A stretch of 64,000 nucleotides of DNA from Lama guanicoe (GCA_013239625.1 MU053561.1:1283520-1347519); one strand, 5' to 3'; shown: positions 37,503 to 52,120, numbered from the stretch's first letter. Notes: generated by a model from the letters alone, not told the origin. Numbers and translations: made by a program.

Positions 37503-38559
37503 CGTGAGTGCATGCTTACTGTATGCTACTAGGCTGAGTAGAAGCACCATGATGTCAGGGGCTTAAGTGTGTCCTGTTTACTGATGTGTCCCCAGTTCCT
37601 AGCGCAGTATTTGGGACACCGTAGACATTCCATAAATATTATTAAGTAAATGAAGGATTGAGTTCCAGACACACTTTTTCAGGCTGTGTACATACATTAC
37701 TGTTCAGTCCTCCCATCCCTATGAAGTAGGCATCATCGCTATTTTCTGGATGAGGAACTGAGGTATGGAAGTGAAATGATTTGCCTGAGTTTATGCAGTG
37801 AGGAAGCACCATATATAACAATGTACTTTAAAGTGCATTATAACCGTTATTATTTTTTGCTCTTGTTTTGAGCCTCTTCGCCTTCCCAGCCTTCTCCCAA
37901 TTCACTCATGCTTCATAAGGAGACAGGAGGAAGCACAATTCCAAGAAAAGGAGGGAAAGTAATAATATTAAATGACTGCCAAGGGATCTGAGCAATGGAT
38001 TCAGCAGGCCACATCAGCCCCGCTCACCAGGGTGGCCATCCCTTGACTGGGATCCCAGGCCCACCACATGCTACTTTACAGGCTGAGAGCAGCGATGACA
38101 CAATTCAGTGTTGGTGTTCTGCCTCACTGAAGACATGGCATTGTCATTATTCATTTTGGAGAAGAGCCTGCAGTGCAGAAAGAAATCATGTCAGACAGAA
38201 AGGGAGAGTCTTTCAACATAGCATTCCGTCCTGAGGGAAAGAGACAGACAGAGAGAGAAAAGAACCAGAACAAGTGGGCGGTACTGACTTCTGACTCCAC
38301 CCCTCAGAGGCATCACACCGGATCCCTGAGCTGTCATCCTCCACCCTGTGAAGGAGCAGTGGGGAAGGGATACTTTCCATTGTTTCAATGATTTCCAATT
38401 TACAAATTTATACATCTTATCTCCTAATCCCCATGAGTGATCATGAAGAAGGCAGGCAGCTATAATTATTCTCGTTTTACAGTTTAGGATTCTGAGGCTT
38501 TTCAAGTTTCTGTTGTATTGAGAGAAGTATTTATTTTTTTATTTATTCTGGTAAATATT

Positions 38560-38780
38560 AAGTCAAATGTATTGAGCGCCTTTTTCCAGATACTGTCATA
38601 TATTATTTTATGAGCTGCTCACAATAAAACTGTCAGGCATTATTGTTATTCCCATTTTACAGATAAGAGAATTACAGCTGAAAGAAATAAAGTGTCTTGT
38701 CTAAAGGTATGCTGCTAGAAGATGGTAGAATGGGGTTTGGAACCCAAGTCTTCTAATTCTCTATGTCCAACATTCTTTCC
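38560..38780 (-). mobile_element. MIR SINE
   Basis: ATTCCCATTTTACAGATAAGAGAATT...GGGTTTGGAACCCAAGTCTTCTAATTC. Confidence 0.8.
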
Positions 38781-40054
38781 AATAAGCAAATGATATACTT
38801 AGAGTAAGTCTGAAATTAAAAGTCTGGTGACCTAAAAGAAAGAGAAGAAAGTAGAAAATGAGGAGTTCAGGAAGGATTAGACAGATGGAAACAGTATGGG
38901 GATGGGAAAGGAGAATGTTTCATTTAAGGATGCACTGAGATCTCCAAAAGGCATTCTATGTTTGGGGTTTAACCTCTCAAGAGGAGACAGAATGATACTC
39001 TTGGATAAAGCATGAAGGAAGTCACCTGGGTTCTGTTGCCTGGGTCTGGAGTGGTGAATTGCAGAGGAATCTCAGTCCCAAAGAGATCTCCATGGAACTT
39101 AAGGCCATGAGAACAACTTGCCAAGGATCCCTGCAATACAGAAGATGAAATGTACCTTGGGTTGACTGTCCTCACAGCCAAAGGTGAAAGGATGGGCGGT
39201 TACTACGCCGTTTATAGTGCTTGTGTTTACCAGATAATTTAGGGTCTAATTCTTCCCTTGCTTCATCCCCCAACTTTTTTTCATTTTCTTTAAAACTATC
39301 CCAAGAAAAGCCTGCAAGGAGAGATTTTATTCTGTTTCCAGACATTTTTAAACCCCAGGGAAGACAGAACTTGTTCAGACTCCTAAGACCCTAAACTATA
39401 AGTGAGAAAATAAAACAGCAGATCTAAACGTAATCCTGTGTTCGAAGCTAAGCAAAGGCCAAAGTAAAAAGCTTTTAAAGTCAAATCTCTCAGTGCACTC
39501 CAGCTCAAAAACATCCCAGCGGGTGATTCTAAAGTCTCCAAAAATATTTGCTGCAGGCTTGAAATCAAGTCTGTGAATTTGTTGCTTGAACCTGTAATGA
39601 TGGAAGAATTTTTAAGCTACCGGGCCTGTGTGGTCAAACCTTCTCCTAGCTCAACGCCTCTCACTAAGGGACTCCAAAGACTCCGTCTTTTCCTTAATTC
39701 ATTGTCACAGCCCCTGGGGGTGAAAGATGATATCCTACCCTCATTTACCTAAGAGGAAATTGAGACGTGAGGCCATTAAACCGCTCGAGGCCACACAGCA
39801 AGTCCACTGGAGAGCCAAGCCCAGACCTCCCTTCTCAGCTCACACTTTCAGCCACACGCTCAGACCAAAGCTCAGCTGTATTCACTCCAGAAAGGGGAAC
39901 TTAAACTCCGCTTTCACTTGAATCTCTCTTCCAGCCCACTCTTGTATATATTGCTTCTTTAGCTTTTCTGGACAAATTTATCTGACCAGTAAAGGGTTTT
40001 ATCCATTTCCTGACCACCAGCAACATGCTAGGTGCTGGGTTAGGACTTAGAGGG

Positions 40055-40395
40055 TGTTACGAGCTGAGTTTTTCCTCCCTCAGTATCTTAGAATGTGACT
40101 ATTTGGAGACAGAGTTTTTAAAGGGGTGATTTAAGTTAAAGTGAGGGTTGATCCTAATCCAATATAACTGGTATTCTTATTAGTAGAGACATAGACACGT
40201 GGAGAGAGGGAAGACCACGGAAAGACACAGGGGGAAAACAGCAATCCACAAGCCAAAGAGAGGGGCCTCAGAAGACGCCAACGCTGCTGATACCTTGATC
40301 TGAGACTTTTAGGCTCCAGTGCTATGAGAGAATAAATTTCGGTCACATAAGCAGCATGTTCCGGGGCGCTTTCTTACGGTAGTGCTAGCGACTGC
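40055..40395 (+). mobile_element. MLT1 (A/B-like) MaLR solo LTR
   Basis: AGAATGTGACTATTTGGAGACAGAG, CTGCTGATACCTTGATCTGAGACTTTTAGGCTCCAG..GAGAGAATAAATTTC. Confidence 0.85.
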
Positions 40396-40777
40396 TACTG
40401 TGGGTGTAGCATTACAGTCGCAGGAGGAAACGTGCACGGGAAGGAAGCATTGCCCAGATAACCCAGATCGAAAGGAATGCCATTCTTCAGTGTCATTTGG
40501 GCCCAGAGTCACTCTTAGACTGCGTTTTAATTTTTGTATAAGGTTAGAAAGAACCTTTGACAAAGATTTGAAGGAAAAAGAAGTCACCAGGGTGATAGTG
40601 GTGTGAGAGGACGTGGTCTGCGCGATGAAGACTTCAGGACCGGATGAGGTTCGTTGTGTCTCAAAAGGATGGTGTGTCTCCTCTCTCACACTTCAGATGA
40701 GGACAGAGAATCGATGTTTACAGCTGCTGCTCTTGAGTGGGCATGGGTGTAAGGTTTTCGGGGTAGGTGCTACTATT

Positions 40778-41218
40778 TTTTTTGTTGTTTGTGTTTTGTA
40801 TTTTAACTGAAGTATAGTTGATGTATGAAATGTAAGTTAAAAGTACACAATTTAGTGATCCACAATTTTTAAAGGTTGTACTCTATTTGCTGTTCTTATA
40901 AAATATTGGATATATTCCCTATATTGTACAGTATATCCTTGTAGCTTATTTTGTATCTAATATTTCGTACCTCTTACTCCACTACCCCTGTAGTGTCCCT
41001 CCTCCTCCCCTCTCGCCACTGGTAACCATTAGTTTATTCTCTATGTATGTGAGTCTGTGTCTTTTTTGTTCTATTGTAGTTTTTAGATTCCACATATAAG
41101 TGATATATGGTATTTCTTTCTATGTCCAACTTATTTCACATAGCATAACACCTTCCAAGTCCATCCATGTTGCTGCAAATGGCAAAATGTAATTCTTTTT
41201 TATGGCTGAGCAGTATCC

Positions 41219-41267
<49 letters not shown>

Positions 41268-43730
41268 CTCCCCCACATCTTTTTTATCCATTCATCTGTT
41301 GCTGGACACACACCTAGGCTGCTTCCATATCTTGGCAATTGTAAATAATGCTACTGTGAACGTTGGGATTCATATATCTTTTCAAATTCATTTTTGGTTT
41401 CTTTTTTTTTCTTTTTTTGGATATATACCCAAGAGTGGAACAGCTGGGTCATATGGTAGTTCTATTTTTAGTTTTTTGATAAACCTCTATATGATGTTGT
41501 TTTCCTTAGTGGCTGCACCAGTTTACATTTCCACCAGCAGTGTAGAGGAGGTCCCTTTTCTCCACATCCTCACCAGCATTTGTTATTTGTGCTCTTTTTG
41601 ATGATAGTCATTCTAACAAGTGTGAGGTGATGTCTCACCGTGGTTTTGATCTGCATTTCTCTGATGATTAGTGATTTTCATGTGCCTGTTGGCCATCTGC
41701 ATTTCCTCTTTGGAAAAATATCTATTCAGTTCTTCTGCCTATTTTTAAAATTGAGTTGTTTGTTTTTCTGATGATGAATTGTATGAGCTGCTTTTATATG
41801 TTGGATATTAACCCCTTATCAGTCATAGTATTTGCAAGTATTTTCTCCTATTCAGTACGTTCTCTTTTCATTTTGTTCAGTGATTTCCTTTGCTATGCAG
41901 AAGCTTTTAAGTTTAATTAGACCAACTTGTTTATTTTTGCTTCTATTTCCTTTGCTTTAGGAGACAGATAAAAAATACTGCTATGATTTATGTCAAAAAG
42001 TGTTCTGTCTATGTTTTCCTATAGGAATTTTAGACTTTCCAGTCTTACATTTAGGTCTTTAATCCATTTTGAGTTTATATTTGTATACAGTGTTAGAGAA
42101 AGTTCTAATTTCATTCTTTCACATGTAGCTGTCAGTATTCCCAGCACCACTTATTGAAGAGACTGTCTTTTCTGTATTGTATATTCTTGTCTCCTTTGTC
42201 TTAGATTAATTGACTGTAGGTGTGCAGGCTTATTTCTGGACTTTCTATCCTGTTCTATTGATCTGGTTTTTTTTTTTTTGGTGCCATTACCATACTGTTT
42301 TGATTACTGTAGCTTTGTAGTATATTCTGAAGGCAGGGAGCATGATTCTTCTAGCTCTGTTCTTCTTTTTCAAGGATTGCTTTGGCTGTTTGGGGTCTTT
42401 TGTATTTCCATACAGATTATAAAAATTATTTGTTCTAGTTCCATGAAAAATACCATTTGTATTTTGGTAAGAATTGTACTGGATCTGTGTAGCTTTGGGT
42501 AGTATGGCCATTTTAAGAATGTTAGTTTTTCCAATCCAAGAACATGGTATATCTTTCCATCTATTTGCATCATTGTCACTTTCTTCCACCAATGTCTTAC
42601 ACTTTCCAAGTACTGGTCTTTTATCTCCTTAGGTAGGTTTATTCCTATGTATTTTACACTTTTTGATGCAATGGTAAATGGTATCGTTTCCTTAATTTTC
42701 TTTTCTGATAGTTCATTGTTAGTGTATAGAAATGCAACAGATTCTGTGTATTAATTTTGTGTCCTGCGATTTTACTGAATTGATGAGCTCCAGTAGTTTT
42801 CTGGTGGTGTCTTTAGGATTTTCTATATATAGTATCATGTCATCCCCAAACAGTGACAGTTTTACTTCTTCTTTTCCAGTTTGGATTCCTTTTATTTATT
42901 TTTCTTGTCTGATTGCTATGGCTAGGATTTCCTATACTATGTTGAATAAAAGTGGTGAGAGAGGGTATCCTTGTCTTGTTCCTGATCTTAGAGGAAAAGC
43001 TTTCAGCTTTCACCACTGAGTATGATGTTAGCTGTGGGTTTGTCATATATGGCCTTTATTATGTTGAGGTATGCTCCCTCTATTCCCACTTTCTGAAGAG
43101 CTTTTACCATAAATGGATGTTGAATTTTGTCAAAAGCTTTTTCTGCATCTAAGAGGTGACCATACAGTTTTTATTCTTCCGTGTGTTAATATGGTGTATC
43201 ATGTTGATTTGCAGATACTGAAAAATCCTTGCATCCGTGGGATAAATCCCACCTGATCATGGTGTCTGATCCTTTTAATATATTATTGGATTCAGTTTGC
43301 TAATATTTTGTTAAGAACTTCTGCATCTATGTTCATCAGTGATATTGGTCTATAACTTTTTTTTTGTGAGATCTTTGTCTGGTTTTGTATCAGGTAATGG
43401 TGGCCTCATAGAATGAGTTCAACAGTGTCCCTTCCTCTGCAATTCTTTGAATAGTTTGAGAAAGATGGGTGCTAACTCTTCTCTAAATGTCACCTGTGAA
43501 GCCATCTGGTCCTGGACTTTAGTTTGTTGGGAGTTTTTACATTACTGATTCAATTTTGCTACTGGTAATTGGTCTGTTCATACTTTCTGTTTCTTCCTGG
43601 TTCAGTCTTGGGAGTTTGCACCTTTCTAAGAATTTGTCTATTTCTTCTAGGTTGTTCATTTTAGTAGCATACAGTTTCTGTGGTGTTAGTTGTAACCTAT
43701 CCTTTCTCATTTCTGATTTTATTGATCACA
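40778..43730 (-). mobile_element. 5'-truncated L1 (~2.95 kb; RT through 3' UTR)
   Basis: ORF2 peptides ([34 protein letters not shown]); T-rich tail at ~40778-40805; internal (TG)n at 41222-41262. Confidence 0.93.
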
Positions 43731-44243
43731 GAGGACAGAGACTTGATGCTTACAACTGCTGTTCTTGAGTGGCACAGATTTAGGCCTTTTGGGGGTCAGT
43801 GCTACTATTAATATCCTTTCACAGATGAGGAGACTGAGGCACAGAGAGATCAAGCAAACTGCTGTAGGTCATACAGGTGGCAAAGCCAAGAATAAAACTC
43901 AGGCAGCTGGCTTCAGAAGCAAGATGGAAGAATTAAGTTATACCCAGACCTGGATAAAGCAGAGAGGATGCTATGGCAAAGTTGTATTTTTCCCCATTAC
44001 ATAAGCAAATGTTTGCATATAATGAAGATAAAAGTTATCACCAAGAAGGGGACCAAGTGATGCTTGAAAATTAGGAAAGATATTTAGATGGATCCTGTGC
44101 TATATATAATTTAATATTAGCTCTTAGGTTTGTATTGGAAAGAATGTAACACAGTGATTAAAAGCATGAGCTCTGAAGTAAACAAACAGCTGAAACTAGT
44201 GTATGCAGGAGGAGAGAAGACTAAGAGCTGAAGAAACATACAC

Positions 44244-46070
44244 TTTTTTTTTTCTTTTGGGTGGCTTTTTTAACTGAAATACAGTGAGTTACAGTGTGCC
44301 AATTTCTGGTGTACTGCACAATGTCCCAGTCATGCATATACATACATATATTCATTTTCATATTCTTTTTCATTAAAGGCTATTACAAGATATTGAATAT
44401 ATTTCCCTTGCTAGACAGAAGAAACTTGGTTTTTTAAAATCTATTTTTATATTCAATGGCTAACATTTGCAACTCTCAAACTCCCAAATTTATCCCTTCC
44501 CACCTCCTTTCCTCCAGTAATCATAAGATTGTTTACTATGTCTGCAAGTCTGTTTCTGTTTTGTAGATGATTCACTAGTGGCCTCTTTGTTTCCTTTCTT
44601 TTTTTTTAAGATTCAACATATGAGTGAAATCATGTGGTATTTTTCTTTCTCTTTCTGGCTTACTTCACTTAGAATGATGATCTCTAGGCCCATCCATGTT
44701 GCTTAACATGACATTATTTTATTCTTTTTTATGGCTGAGTTATATTACACTGTATAAATATACCAGAACTTCTTTATCCAGTCATCTGTTGGTGGACATT
44801 TAGCTTGTTTCCATGTCTTGACTATTGTATAGAGTGCTGCTATGAACACTGGGGTGCATGTATCTTTTTGAATTAGAGTTCCCTCTGGATATACGCCCAG
44901 AAGTGGGATTGCTGGATCATATGGTAAGTCTATTTTTAGTTTTCTGAGGAATCTCCATATTGTTTTCCACAGTGGCTGCACCAAACTTTATTCCCACCAG
45001 CAGTGTAGGAGGGTTCCCTTTTCTCCACACCCTCTCCAGCATTTATCATTTGTGGACTTTGGAATGACGTCCATTCTGACTGGTGTGAGGTGATACCTCG
45101 TAGTTTTGATTTGCATTTGTCTGATAATGAGAGATATTGAGCATTTTTTTTGTGCCTATTGGCCATTGGTATGCCTTCATTGGAGAATTGCTTGTTTAGG
45201 TCTTCTGCCCAGTTTTGGATTGGGTTGTTTGTTTTTTTGTTATTAAGTTGTATGAGCTGTGTATATATTCTGGAAATTAAACCTCTGTCAGTCTAATCAT
45301 TTGTAAATGTTTTCTCCCATTCTGTAGGTTGTTGATTTATTTTGCTTATGGTTTCCTTTGCTGTGCAAAAGCTTGTAAGTTTAATTAGATCCCATTTGTT
45401 AATTTTTGCTGTTATTTCTGTTGCCTGGGTAGACTGCCCTAGGAGAACATTGCTAAGATTTATGTCAGAGAATGTTTTGCTTATGTTTTCTTCTAGGAGG
45501 TTTATTGTATCTTGTCTTATATTTAAGTATTTAAGCCATTTTGAGTGTATTTTTGTGTCTGGTGTGAGGGAGTGTCCTAACTTCAGTGATTTACATGGTG
45601 TTGTCTAGTTTTCCCAACACCACTTGCCAAAGAAATAGTCTTTTCTCCATTGTATAGTCTCGACTCCTTTATTGAAGATTAATTGACCATAGGTCTGTGG
45701 GTTTATTTCTGGGCTCTCTATTCTGTTCTTTGATCTATATGTTTGTTTTTATGCCAATACTACAGTTTTGATTACTGTAGCTCTGTAGTATTGTTTGAAG
45801 TCTGGGAGGGTTATTCTTCCAGCTTCCTTCTTTTTTTTTTTTTTTAACGTTGCTTTGGCAACTCTGGGTCTTTTGTGATTCCATATAAATTTTAGGATTA
45901 TTTGTTCTAGTTTCTGTGAAAAAAATGTCATGGGTAATTTGATAGGGATTGCATTAAATCTGTAGATTGCCTTGGATAGTATGGCCATTTTAACAATATT
46001 GATTCCTCCAATCCAAGAGCATGGGGTATCTTTCTATTTCTTTAAGTCATCTTTAATTTTCTTATTGTTT
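44244..46070 (-). mobile_element. 5'-truncated lineage-specific L1 (~1.8 kb)
   Basis: Well-preserved ORF2 C-terminus ([43 protein letters not shown]); similar to the element at 34021-35794; poly-T at 44244. Confidence 0.93.
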
Positions 46071-49000
46071 TGTCATTGGTCTTCTTGAGATAAGTCGGTG
46101 TCCAAGGTTCTGATAGACGGGTCAGAGGTTGAAAACGTTAACATAATTAAATCTTGCTCAGACCTCCTTCATTGTCAACAATTGTTTGCATCCTGGTCTT
46201 ATGGTAATTACTCCCTCCCTTCTTTGCTTCCTTCCCCCTTCTGCCCCTTCCCCCACCCCCTCCCTACTTCTCTTCTTCTTTTCTCCCAGAGAACCAGTTA
46301 ATCAGAATTTATGTTAATACCAACCTTAGATTTTTATAGACCACATAAAAGCTGGTGAATTACTCACAACAGCTCTCACTTAGAGGTGAGATGTTGCTTG
46401 TGGGTGCCGTGCTTGAACTGGGCTACTCCCTTGCCTGGCATTTGCAGGTGAGAGGAGCCATGGAGGAAAAGACCTCCTGAGTTTCTGGGATCTCCAGCAT
46501 CACGTACCAGCTGATGATCCCGCTTGAGGATGAAGGAGAGAAATTCTGCCCGAGGCCCCAGGAATAAATCTTTAGGGCTGTGGGTGGGAGTTATGCAGCC
46601 CTATCAGGGGTCACAGAGAAGTTGTGACCGACAAAGGAGACTTGGATGCATCTTATCAAGAAGAAGAATAGTCAGGAGGAACAATGGAGGGAGAGCGAGA
46701 GGAAGGAAGAGGGGGAGAGGAGAGTGAGGAGAAAACAGTCATAACAACAGTGGAATGGGGAGGGGGCAAAAATCTGCGGGGGACTCAGATGAGCTTGAAC
46801 TCGTAGATGAGATGTCACATTTTTGGGAAAGGGAAAGGGTCTGTTTTGGACAGTCTTTGGTGGTGAGTTCTCACGGCAGTACTTCATGGCACAGGTCTAG
46901 GCAGTAGTTATGTAACAGCTCAAGCTCCAGGTGAACAGCCCTGTCTTTAATTATGTAACTGAGAAAGTGTGATTAGGAAAACCCATGAAATGTAAGAAGT
47001 TAATCATCTGTCATCTCTTGTCTGTGGGAGAGTTGAATTAATTGAGATTTCTTGTCTCTGCCTTCTGTATTGATAAGCTGATCACGTATTTTTTGATAAA
47101 TGTGTATAATGATACCACACAGGGTACTGTGAAAATTAAATGTTTCCCAAACTTTCCAAATTTAACAATCATATGGCATGTTGTACTTCACAAAAAGAAG
47201 GGGAAAAAAGTCACCCCAACACACAGATTCCTGAGTCCCATACAGACCCACTGAATGAGAATGTCCAGGACAGGGGTTAGAGAAGTTAGTTGACAGGAGC
47301 CTCAGATGATTCTTATCATTGAGAAATTTTGGGGGAAAATGAGTTAATACATGTGAAAATACCTTACAATACAGTGACAAGGACATAATTGGAAAAAAAA
47401 AGTTGAGTGAAAGAACTGTCTGATGACCATAAGCGAACCATTACAAGTTTCTTGGCTCAATTTTCCTCTTATGTATTCAGGGGAGTAGTATTAATACCTA
47501 TTACCACCCAGAGCTTGGGGGAGGATTAGAGTCTGTTACTGGAAATTGCTCTGAGCTCCCTGGAAGGTAAGTGCTATGTAAACACCAGCTGTTAGGTTTA
47601 TTGGTTCATTGGAAGTAGGCAGGAAAGGCTGAGAATATTTGTCTCCGAGAGCTGCTCTCTTAGAGTGGTGTGCGTAGGTTGTCGCTGTAAGAGGCGAGGC
47701 GCTGCTGAGAACATGGGTAGGAGGGAAGAACAGGGGCTGCAGTAATGCCCAGCAACTGAATCTCAAAGCTCCAGGGGCCTGGCAGCGACGAGGGCAGATC
47801 CATCCCCACTCTGGAGAGCAGTAGGTCCTGTCCCATTGACAAATGCTTGCAGGAAGAAAGAGTGCTTGGGTTTTCCAGGTGAAATAATCTAGTCCCCAGG
47901 CAGAGGATCATTTTTTATGGCCCGGAACGCCCCATTGACAGTTCTCTCTGGGGAGTCATGAAGAGTCATGAGGCTCGAAGACAGGCATTCCAGGGCCTTC
48001 GCCCTTCGCCATCAGCAGCACTTGATGGAGTCAGCAAAGTTGAGCCCCGGCCTGGGGCAGCCCGCCCCAGGTTCTGCAAGGGGAGCTCTTTGCTTCAAAG
48101 AAGGTCTGAAAACTTCTTCTGGTGAAGAGGAAGACTGCTCTTGGCAAGTGTTGATCACCACTGCCTAGGACACTCACTCTCCCTTCCCTCTGCCAACTTC
48201 ATCCTTCTTCACCTGCTTCCAAAATCCAACTAAGAGCCTCTGCCTCTGAATACCTTCCCTGATTCTTCCTGCCTTACTTTCCTTCTCTTCTGTAGATTCT
48301 ATTTAATTCTTGGAAGAGAGCTAAATATAGTGGCCACAGAACAGTTTAAAAACCACCACTAATCTTAAAAAACCAACCTTCTTGGTTCCATGGTCTTTTT
48401 ATGTTTTGAGTATTTCAGGAAAAAAATATTGTCTATTTTTTAAATCTAAGATTGTGTGTTTCACTTTTTTTGATTATTAACAAATCGTATGAACAGGAAC
48501 ATTGTTTTCCACTTTCCTATTGCTCTGTTCTAACATGATAAAAAAGTTGGTTCTTAATTATATAGAAAGGGTCATGATGTGGGTTTACCCCTAAGTACCA
48601 GATAATTAAGAAGTAGAATGCTTACAACTTGTTGCTTAGTTCAGTCTGATATTACATTGCATGTTTCCATACGTTTCTGTACCAGCTAGGAGATGGAGAA
48701 AAACTACCAGAAACATGCTATGGAGTAGACAGAATCTGTGGTGAAAATGTAATTGGAAGTGTATACTGGTCTTGGAAAAGTCATAAGATGAAAAGCTCAG
48801 TTGAATATCAAGAATTACTAGTATCAGGGCATGGTGGTTTCCTCTGGGAATCTTATAATAATAAATAATTTTAAAATATAGGAAGTAATTCCTATTCACT
48901 GGAAGAAACATTTTACATATTATCTGGATTTTTCCCAAAGGGTGGAACAGTAATGGAGTAAAATTTATGTTATTCAGAATTTGTGCTTATTTGCCTAGGG

Positions 49001-50369
49001 AATGATCTGGCAATCACCCTTTCTTTGCTGTCATTAAAGAAGAATTTGAATACAAATGTAATGTGATATGCCTGGAAATATTTAAGAGAAAGTATTTTAA
49101 AGAAATGCTCACATTTAAAAGTTTATTGTAAATCATCTTTATCTCTTCATTATGCAAAAATTCTTAGGAACATAAATAATAGGAGTAACTCTGTAAGCCT
49201 TATTAGAAGAATACAATCGTGTTCTTTTAAAAGGTGCTACAATTTAACCTTCTCACTATCGAGTTAACCTTCCCCAAATTAGCTTGTCTTTAATGTATTT
49301 TCCAGCTCTTCCCAAACTTAGATCAGTGTCATGGCAAATTTGAAGTTGACAGAAATCAAGTAATGACGACAATTGCGATGATGCAAATAACCCAGAGAAT
49401 TGCTGTGCCTAACCTAATTACGCTTGAAAATTGTATTAAGCTTCTTTGCTGATTATCTGATTTCTTTGGAACCTCTAAGACTTTCTAGGATGGCTGATTT
49501 ATAGGATTAATATAGTAACTCTGGGGTTTTGTACAGCCTGAAGCCCCTATTCTTTATAAAGAATTAGTGAGTTCTGTGAGTCCCAGTGGAGAGCCAGTCT
49601 GACTCATGTCAAACTGGATGGGAGACTTGTGATAAAGAGAGTGAAGAAGGAAGGGATGTAGATTTCATCATTGCCCAGAATTAGCTCAAGGAGGGATAAC
49701 TTACAACATGCAGCTAACCAGAGGCACCAAGATCAAAGGCTGACTGCCATATATCCAGGAAGCCTAGGACTGTGCATGGAAGAAAGAGGAAAGCAGATGT
49801 TAAAATCAAAGAAATCTGAAAATGTTTTGGTAAATGGTTCTAAATGGGCCACAGGGGACATTTTCATAGGAAAAGTTAAGAAGAATCCTGACAGGTTCAG
49901 AGATTAGTTGATTTCTTTTTTTCTCATCTCTTCCTTTGCTCCTCACTCTTCATCCACTCCCGTCTCCCCAAAGGACCAACAATTAGTGGACTAAACCACA
50001 AGAAGTCCCTGGGTAGATGCTGACTTTCATCACTTCACCTTCCTCCTCTGTCAGTTGGGCTGAAAACGTTGGCTGCAATTAAAAACAGGTCATGCCTGAG
50101 AGCAGAGAAAGGAAGGTAAAAGTATTTCTCCAGGGGAGAGAGAAAAATACGAAGCCAGCATTTATAATCTAACAGTGGACCCAGAAGCCCTTCCTAATAA
50201 CCAGGAGAGCCCTTGTCACCTCTGGCCATCTCTGTTCCAAGCCCTCTCAGAAGTCAACCAGGAGTCCCAGAGTGGAAGGGGAGACTCTCTCCCCTTCGTG
50301 TCAGCTGCCCCGTTCCTCCCTTCTTGCCCCGCCCCTGAAGAGAAGGGCAATGCGGAATAAAGAAGCTTG

Positions 50370-50900
50370 GCTTTGTAGCCACATACACCTGAGTTTGAAC
50401 CCCAGCTCTAATCCTTGCCAGCTGTGTTACCTAGAGCAAGTTATGTAAGAGCTGATTCTCAGTTTCAACACATCTAACATTGCTGTGAGGATAGGAGCAG
50501 TGTATAAAATACGGGGCAATGCCGGGACCATGTAGGTAGACAGACCTTGGGAAGGTGACATCACTGTTCTAAGCCTTAATTTTTTCTTCTGTCAAATGGG
50601 GATAACAATAGTACCTAACCTTGTAGGATTTCTGCGTGGATTAAGAGAAAGACAGCATGACACTGGTTAAATGTATAGGCTCTGGGAGCAGACTGCAAGT
50701 TCCAAATCCTGGCTCCATCCTCACTGGCTCTGTGACTTTGTACAAAGTATTAATTTCTTCTTGTGCAGGCTTTCCAATCTGTAGCATGGGGGTAATAAGA
50801 GCACTTAATATATGGAATTGTTACATGATTTAAATTAAGTTTTATCCTTACGGCACCAAGAATAGTGCCTGGTATAGGGTAAGTGCTATATAAATGTTTG
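50370..50900 (+). mobile_element. Cluster of MIR fragments
   Basis: CTGAGTTTGAACCCCAGCTCT, TCTGTCAAATGGGGATAACAATAGTACCTA, AAATCCTGGCTCCA..TGTGACTTTG. Confidence 0.75.
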
Positions 50901-51119
50901 TTAAATTTTAAAAATGAGGTATATGAAACATTTTAACATACTATATCTAGGATATAATCAGAATTTTAATATTAATATAATTAGCTAATGAATTATTCCA
51001 TTATGGTTTTACTTTAAAGTTAAGTGACTACTCCTCACATGGATTTTGGAAACCTCTACACTAAAACAAATCACAGAATTGTAAATCCCAGGGTGCTGGA
51101 ACATACCTAAAGATCATCT

Positions 51120-51506
51120 TGTGTGGTGGTTGTTAAAAAAAAAAATGACCCTAAAATTCTTTGGCTCTCATCCCATGAAAAGTAGGGTTTATATTCCCTT
51201 TCACTGAATCTGAAACTCTGTAACTACTTACATTATATAAAAGTTTCTTGAGATGCTTGCTCTTGGAACCCCGCCGCCAGACCCATATGAGGAACCGATG
51301 CCTCCAGCTCCACTCAGCTTACACAGGAGTGAGTCATCTTGAAAGAGCATCCTTTTCCCCCTCAGTCAAGGCACCGAGGCTGACCCTGCATGGAGCAGTC
51401 TGGTTGTTCTTGCTGAGCCCTACCCAAATTGCAAGTTTGTGGGCAAAACTTTCGTTGTTGTTTTCAGTTGTTAGCTTTGGAGGGGTCAATAACAGATAGC
51501 TGAAAC
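51120..51506 (+). mobile_element. MLT1-type LTR
   Basis: TGTGGTGG start, CCCTTTCACTGAATCTG, TGCTCTTGGAACCC, CTGAGCCCTACCCAAATTGCA, end AACAGATAGCTGAAACA. Confidence 0.75.
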
Positions 51507-51569
51507 ATCTGGCTTATTCCCCACTGAGTATCGACTCTGTATGATCACCTGTCTAACCTCTGCTTAACT

Positions 51570-52120
51570 GTTCAATCATTCAACAAGTATTTATTGAGTA
51601 TCTACACATTAGATATTTTTTCTAGGCACTAGGAGATGCATTAGTAAATAACTAAAAGGTCTTGGCTGCAGAATCCTTCCTTCTTTGGAGGGAAGAAAGA
51701 CAAAAAAAAAAATACATACTACGTCTGGGTTCGATACGGGCTCTGAAGAAACCAGAGATGGTGTAAGGAGTGATGAGGGGTGTGCGTATGTGTCTGTGTA
51801 TTGGGGACAGGTGTTGCTGTATCAGAAAGTTTTCAGGGAGCACTGTCTAATGTTTTCATTTGAGCACAGATCTGAACATTATGAGGGAGCTGGTTTTACA
51901 CGTCCACAGAGGAGGCGGGTTCTGAGTGGAAGGAAGAGTAGTGCAAGGCCTGAGGCAGGAACGTGCCCGTGTATTCAAGGAATAAGGAGGTTGGAAAGGG
52001 GTGTGCAAGGGGCAGACTGATCAGAAGTCAGGTCTGAGAGAAAGGGGGGGTCCTTCGAGGCCAAGTAAAAGAAGCTGAATTTAATTCTAAGTGAGATGAA
52101 AAGTCACTGCAGAGTTTTGA
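51570..52120 (-). mobile_element. L2 fragment
   Basis: TCATTCAACAAGTATTTATTGAGTATCTAC, ATTTGAGCACAGATCTGAA, GTGCAAGGCCTGAGGCAGGAACGTG. Confidence 0.8.

Noticed and set aside
48686..48870. ~59-codon open frame after an acceptor-like site (GDGEKLPETCYG...)
   Set aside because: No recognisable homology and no partner exon; the length is within chance expectation.
49365..49390. Sox-Oct composite motif (ACAATTG...ATGCAAAT)
   Set aside because: Spacing does not match the canonical CATTGTTATGCAAAT, and lone octamers are frequent by chance.
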